Assembly: GCA_039621445.1 (NCBI GenBank)
Contig: CP154954.1
Location: forward strand, 22,952,954 to 23,016,953
Reading direction: 5' to 3'
Origin: Euglena gracilis
Taxonomy: Eukaryota
Length of the DNA stretch: 64,000 nt
Below are positions 57,869-64,000 of the stretch, in pieces. Below the pieces are notes generated by a model that worked only from the letters and a program-made list of their open reading frames with translations, was not told where the DNA came from and did not search any database. Position 1 is the stretch's first letter, and each line of letters starts with the position of its first letter. The position numbers were made by a program, and so were the translations under genes.

Positions 57869-58759
57869 AGAAGACCATTACGACCCCTAGACCCAGAACA
57901 AACAATTGTCCTTAAACCATTCACAACTTGTCAAAAAAGTAAACAACGGTACCCAACCATCAGCAACCTGTGTCCCACATTGACAAGAGAAGTGGCCGTC
58001 AATTGGCTTGTGGAACAGCGGTGGAGCCATCTGGAACGGTGGATCCCACCACCCATTGCCCATTTGAGACGGAGTAAGCAATTTGACCACAGGGTCGAAG
58101 ACTCCATGACACACCAACCGTACGCATAACCAACCACAAGACTAAAAAGACGTCCAAACCCTTACCACACTGAAAACAGAGCCTTCCCTGCGCCAACTCC
58201 CCTAAACCCAAACCTAAACTTGTCGCTGCCACAGCCTCAACACACAACAGTCCCCATGGCCATTCTATTGAACCTTCCCTGCCGCTGTACACTTTCCTCT
58301 CACACTCGCTATCTCCCCTCCGTACTGTGCCCCTCACCGCCCTTCTTCTACTTCACCTTCGACTCTCGCCCCTCCCACAGTCCCCATTGCATCTGCGGAC
58401 AATTTGATGTAAATATCTCACCCGCCATGAACTTCGGCTCGGACTGTCCCTCCTAGGCCGCTGGTTCAAATTCCACCAGCCCCTTGCCCCTCCGTTTTCC
58501 CTGCTACCAAGACTGCTCGACTTTACACGCCCTCACCTGTACCTCACCTGTTCCCTATGCGCCACTGCCTGTACCAAGCCTCTCCAAAGTCCCCACTGCA
58601 TCTGCGGACAATTTGATGTAAATATCTCACCTGCCATGAACTTCGGCTCGGAGTGTCCCTCCTAGGCCGCGTTTCCAAAAAAGATCACCGCCAAAAAAAA
58701 AACCTCGTGTCAAACTCACACCAGCACACGGAAAAGAACAAGCGAGGCTGCCACGCTTG

Positions 58760-60290
58760 GGTTGGCCGTGAACCCCGCAAAATGTCGATTGTGGGGACCA
58801 GCGTTCACATCAACAGAAGGTGTCCCTTGCATTCTCCCTGGCACGCCACACGACAGCCCCTTACATCAAATACCACTGACTGCCTTTGTTGCTGGTTCTG
58901 GTCTGAAAGTTCTGGGGGTCCCTGTTCACCACCCCCAAGATGACCGCTTCTGTGAAGAAGTTTGGAGTAAGCGCATTGAAGACATCCGACGTTCTTGCAC
59001 AGTACTTCAGCACTTACCTCAATCGCATGTGCAATTCACCTTGCTTCGTTTTTGTTTATCCGCTTGCAAAGTGAATGACCTCTTGCGCGCCTGCAAAATC
59101 TCTTCTGCAACAGCGACATGCAAGACATTGTCGGGAATTCTTCAGGAAACATTCAGTGGCATGGTCGGCTCCCCTTGCACCCCAGAAGAATGGTTGCAAG
59201 TTTCCCTGGCCATCACATGTGGAGGACGGGGAATCTCCGAACCACTATTTCAACGTGTGCCTGCCAAATTGTCTCAAGTGGTGGTCTCTTGACGAAGAGC
59301 TCTGTCTTGGGCTTGCCCGCTGCCATGGACATCCTTCCCAAGGACGCCGACGATTGTTTAGGGACAGCCCTCAACGAACTTGGTCAAATGGCCTTACTGC
59401 CATAATGGGCCAGTGACAAAAACTTGATCCCTCAGGCACAGTCTCCACACAATTCACAACGTTGGTGGAATCAGCAGAGCATGCTTGCCCGCAGGAAAAC
59501 ACTTCGGGACACATTGAATGGACCTGCTGCTGTACGCTTTGCAAGCCAATGCCAACCACATGCTATGGCGTGGGCCGCTTTGACCCCATCTCAAGGACTC
59601 CACACCCTGTTACCCACGGCTGAATTCCGCTGCACACTTCGTTGGTCCCTCGGAATGACTCTCACACCAATGGAATCCGATCCCAACCTCTGTCCCAAAT
59701 GCTTTGGGCCATCAGATTTTCTCGGACACCACCTCGTTTGCTACAAATCAAACTTCATTACCCGGCGGCACGGGGTTGTCCAAGATTTTCTGACAACCAC
59801 AACATAGAAGGCAGGATTTACAGCCCGTAAGGAACAACGAGCTGATGGCCGTTCCCGGCCTGGAGACATCTTCATTCCTCGCTTGGACACTGATGGACCA
59901 GTTGCAGTGGATGTGACAATCCGCCACACCCTTGTGCAAAGTCATCCACTGCGGAGTGCAGAGAACCTTTCACAATGGTAAACACATTAGGAGGCTGAAA
60001 AGCATGCCAAATATGATGCAACATGCCAACGACTGGGCTGGCGGTTGATGCCATTTGTCATGGATTGCTACGGGGGCATGGGACAAGAAGCGCGCTCCTT
60101 GATGGCCACCCTCCTTAAGGCCCTTCTGGGGCAGTGGGAAGGGTGGCAACGGCGGGCCGCAGAAGCAGACATTTGGCAAGGCCTGTCCTTCACACTAATC
60201 AGAGAAATCAGTAGGCAGCTCGTTTGGAGCTTGTATTCTTCCAAAGATGAGATCACCCTGTCTTCCGCCCACTCACCATATTCTATCTGA
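58760..60290 (+). mobile_element. 5'-truncated CRE-like non-LTR copy (RT thumb, CCHC knuckle, RLE) with frameshifts and stops
   Basis: KCRLWGP, CKVNDLLRA, CPKC...HHLVC...RH, RPGDI, VDVT, EKHAKY, DCYGG. Confidence 0.85.
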
Positions 60291-62327
60291 AGACCTTTGA
60301 GCACAAACTCTCAACCCAATAACTAACATTGAACTCTCACCTTTTATGTTTTCACCCCAAGGTCAGAATTACAAAATGAGCAAAGAAGACACAACTCAGT
60401 TACCCCTAGTTACCCCTTGAGCAGAGCCACACGCCGAGCCCAAGGCAAATCAATGGGTCGCAAAGGCGCGGAAAGAAGCAAAGCAAACAAAAACGAAAAA
60501 CCCGACACAAACACGCCATCAGTTTTCCCCTCTCGCCGGTTCGGAGACCGTGCGCGGAATGGGCTCCCCGGCAGGCCGAGTGGGGGAAAACAGTCACCTG
60601 GCGCTCCGGTAAAAATAGGCACACGCGCCCCAATAATTCCCTTTTTTTGTGTCTTTCGGTCCCTGAATTCTGCCAGAACCTGGGTTCCGGCCGCCAAATA
60701 ATTCAAAAATTGGGGGGGGGGGACGGTATTTTTGGCCAACTCCTTGGGTGTGCCTCTGAAGCAGTAGGGGGGGGAGGAAAAGCCTGGGTTGAATTTAAAA
60801 AAGGGTAGCGGGGGGGACGGAAGAACACCTTCACCATGATTCCCAGCGCCTCTTGCTCTTCCTTTTTTTTTGAAATTGGATTCTTTCCTTTTTGATTGAC
60901 CTTCCAGATTGACTTTTTGAACTTCTTGGACAATTGTTTCCTTGACCAGATTCAATTTTTTCAAATTCCTTCCTTCAGCATGCACAATTCTTTGAATGAA
61001 ACATTCGGAAGAGAGAACCTGGGGGGAAAAGTACATGGGTAAAAAAAGTAGCGGAATGGGGCAGAAAATTCGCTAATTCAGGTGCGCAAGCGCCAGGCCG
61101 CCTCCCGCCGCCCACACTCCCCTTCAGTTTTCTGTGTGCCTCTTTGGGGTGTCTTTTCCCTTTTTCCCTTGATATTTGAATGCACAACACTCTGCCAGCT
61201 TGATAGGATGAAGTGTTCCGGCTTGGAACCACCCACAGAGGCAGTCCAATAAACTTAAATTAGGACCTTCCGCAAAGCGGAAGATTCCGCTGTTGGTCTT
61301 TTTTTGGCCCCGCCCGGCGCCACACCCCAGGGGCCGCCGCCAACACTCCCCTCCCGGACCGCTTGCGTACCGCCTTCGGCATTTTTTGAGGCGGCCCCGG
61401 GGAAGTGTTCGGGCCCTTTTTTTCTCCCCCGAAGCCTTCGGCTTCGGGGGGGGGGGGGGGCCTCGGCCCCCGTGGGCCCGAGACCTGGGGTTTTTTTTGG
61501 CCCCCTGGGGGGTTACCCCCTTGGGGGGGGGCCTCGGCCCCCGTGGGCCCGAGGCCTAGGGTTTTTTTGGCCCCCTGGGGGGGTTACCTCCTTGGGGGGG
61601 GGGCCTCGGCCCCCGTGGGCCCGAGGCCTGTGGTTTTTTTTTGCTGGGGTGTGGCCGGGGTTTTTTTTTGTCGGAAGTAACGTACAGCAAATTCTGAGTT
61701 TGGGGATTAGAATCGCAATCCAAGGTCCGCTCAATGTCCACATAGTGAATGATGAATAGGGGGCAGGTAACATAGGACTTCACACCGCCACTCTCGAATT
61801 CAAGATCCCAGAGCCTCAAATCCTTCATCGAGGAGGGGGCGGGTAACATCGTGTTCACACCGCCACACACACCTGTGGTTCATGCAAATCTGCTTCCAAT
61901 TCACATCGAACAGACGACACGGGGCAGGCAACCCGCATGTCTACACCGCCATCTCTATGCCAACCATTCTGCAGATCTGATCCAATTCCACTGAATTGAA
62001 ATTGGGGGGCAGGCAACCCTCGGGTCCACACCACCACACTCCAACCAACCCAACGATTCATCTTCGGCGACGGGCAGCCGAACTGCCCTGAGCACCCCCC
62101 CCCCTCATCACGAGTGACGGGCCGTCGAACCTCCCAGAGCATCCATCGACAATCAACAACCAACACCTGGAATTTTCAGTCATTCTTTCTGTGCCGACGC
62201 AGGCCAACACGTGCACAATTGAAAGCATGATGATTTCCATCCTTTTCTGATCGGGGATCTTGGATACTGGCAAAGGAGGGGATTAGGCTGGGAGGGGGAG
62301 GGCAGGCAACACTCGGTCTACACCGCC

Positions 62328-62897
62328 TCATTCCCACTTCTCCGTGAACCACTGGTACCGCTGTCGACGATACCTCCTCTTGCACGCCTCGGAGAGTCCA
62401 CGTTCATCTCCACTTCTCCTGCGGGCTCGGGACGATGCTCCTTCATCTCCTGGGGGCATGTCCTTCAGGGTCTCTTCCTGGAATCTTCGGTACTGGAGCA
62501 AGCACGCCCGGACTGGCCAACGCAATGGCCCAGTCGGCTGCATATGGCCCGCCTGCTGGTCCCAGATCTCGAAGAACCGGGTTCCTTCCTCGAAGATGAT
62601 GAACTTCACTGTCATCTTCTGCAGCATTGGCCACCATGTTGTTGTACGCCACTCTGGTGCAATCAGCACCATCTCCTGCACCTGGTCCGCGATGATCTTG
62701 AGGATAACTTGATTCATCAACGTCCACGGTGGGTTGGCCCATATCCTTTCTCTTGACCATGTCTTCGCAAATGCATTGTCTTCCTTCGTCCAGAACTTGG
62801 GGAATCTTGCATTTTCCCATGATGCAAATGCTTCTTGCACACTTCCTTGCTGAATGTTGAACTTGTCCAGGATCAGGTCGATGAATTCCCAGCGCAC
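62328..62897 (-). CDS. Retroelement-type (DIRS-like) DNA N6-adenine methyltransferase domain
   Basis: EAFAS..N, NAF...W, WANPPW (motif IV NPPW), VLIAPEW....WWP.L. Confidence 0.8.
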   Translation of the reverse strand: MRWEFIDLILDKFNIQQGSVQEAFASWENARFPKFWTKEDNAFAKTWSRERIWANPPWTLMNQVILKIIADQVQEMVLIAPEWRTTTWWPMLQKMTVKFIIFEEGTRFFEIWDQQAGHMQPTGPLRWPVRACLLQYRRFQEETLKDMPPGDEGASSRARRRSGDERGLSEACKRRYRRQRYQWFTEKWE

Positions 62898-62918
62898 GGC
62901 GTACTCCTCGGAGATGTA

Positions 62919-63314
62919 CTACCTTTTGATTCTTCTTCCCCTTCCACTTGGTCTTGGCAGGGTCTCTGGCTCTTCCACCTCGTAGTACTCCTCCTCTGCA
63001 GCTGGTCCTGATTCTGGATCTCCTGGATGTGGTTGATTCTCCATCACCACATTTCTCCTCCTGAATGGCTGCAATGGCACTTCCGGTTCTTCAGCTGCAC
63101 CTTCATAGTTTGGAGCTGGACTTCTTGATTCTTCTTCTTCTTCTTGTCCATCCCACACTGTCAATGCAGATCTCCAGCCCTCTTCTGGAAGTCGGACAAT
63201 CCATCTGCTCCAGCTCCAATCTGTCACTTCCTGCACTTTCAAGTGATCTTCTTCCGGCCTCCAACTGACATTCATCCTTCTGGGCTTGGCATTCTGGTAT
63301 TCTGACTCTGGCAT
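62919..63314 (-). CDS. Acidic ORF in frame with the methyltransferase, separated by one TAG
   Basis: Same reading frame: ...RIKR*YISEEYAVRWEF... Confidence 0.45.
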   Translation of the reverse strand: MPESEYQNAKPRRMNVSWRPEEDHLKVQEVTDWSWSRWIVRLPEEGWRSALTVWDGQEEEEESRSPAPNYEGAAEEPEVPLQPFRRRNVVMENQPHPGDPESGPAAEEEYYEVEEPETLPRPSGRGRRIKR

Positions 63315-64000
63315 TCTGGTCTTCTGGTAGTTTGGTTACTGAACACTTCCGTTTTCTGTGTGTCTCTTTGGGGTGTCTTTTCCCTTTTTCCCTTGATATT
63401 TGAATGCACAACACTTTGCCAGCTTGATAGGATGAAGTGTTCCGGCTTGGAACCACCTACAGAGAGGCAGTCCAATAAACTAAAATTAGGAAGTTCCGCA
63501 AAGCGGAAGATTCCGCTGTTGGTCTTTTTTTGGCCCCGCCCGGCGCCACACCCCAGGGGCCGCCGCCAACACTTCCTACCGAGGCGCCCGGCCTCGCCTG
63601 CCTTCGGCTAACCTCGGAGGCGGGAGCGGGGGGCGATGCGCACCTCATCGGCACAGTGAACGACAAACAAACGTCAGGGCGGTTCGGGTATACGGAGGGC
63701 AGGGGTGTGGCCTTGGCCTCGGCCTTGGCGTTTTGTGTTTGGTGCCCGGGGGCGTTTTGTGTTTGGCGCCCCTCGTGTGTCGCCTCGCGCGCCACAGGAG
63801 CCTGGTCGGGGGCTGGCGTTGGTCCCCGGGCGGTCTACTGGCAGGCCGGCCGCAGGCTCCTGTGGGCGCCTTGGGAGGGGGGTGGAACTCCTCCGGGCTC
63901 TGGGCGGGGGCCGCTGTCCTGCTGGGTGGCTTGGCAGCCGCGCCGCGCCGACCTGCAGGCTGGGTGCAGAGCCCGGAGCGTTGAGCCTTTCGGGGGGGCT

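Larger units (their letters stand above)
61127..63573 (-). mobile_element. LTR-like non-autonomous element with ~220-bp direct repeats (61127-61347, 63351-63573)
   Basis: Near-identical direct repeats; on the minus strand both begin TGTTGG; purine tract GGGAGGGGAG directly precedes the downstream repeat. Confidence 0.65.

Noticed and set aside
45537-58485. CACCAGCCCCTT at the element's 5' flank recurring near 58474 as a possible TSD
   Set aside because: Only 12 nt, partly overlaps the SL, and is not adjacent to a recognisable element 3' end
61760-62327. CRISPR-like repeat-spacer appearance
   Set aside because: Eukaryotic context, no cas genes, repeats diverge internally, and two intervening segments resemble each other (degenerate tandem repeat)

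Overview
Eukaryotic, intron- and repeat-rich DNA that is almost certainly from a euglenid (Euglena or a close relative). Two things point to this: a 25-nt match to the Euglena spliced leader at 45555-45579, and many non-GT-AG introns with the euglenid geometry (N3-CAG...CTG-N5, paired ends). Three host genes were assembled by hand by checking phase across junctions. (1) A 5'-truncated multi-exon ankyrin-repeat / probable beta-propeller gene (+, 1121-21684). (2) A glycogenin-like GT8 glycosyltransferase with a Cys-rich C-terminal domain (+, ~33607-42628), about 10 of whose 15 introns are non-conventional. (3) A compact RAMP4/SERP1 gene (-, 45208-45499). Introns and intergenic DNA are full of MITEs, many with CAG...CTG ends and 8-bp TSDs, and one GT8 intron is itself a young MITE with perfect TIRs and a TSD (apparent intron gain). 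The right third is a retroelement nest. It holds a CRE-like (RLE-type) non-LTR retrotransposon that starts with a genomic spliced-leader copy and has four 2A/StopGo-like peptides in ORF2, several broken relatives, a tandem array of tRNA-like units, and an LTR-like element carrying only an N6-adenine methyltransferase domain. Exon boundaries are manual inferences without transcript data, and family assignments rest on recalled motifs, not searches.
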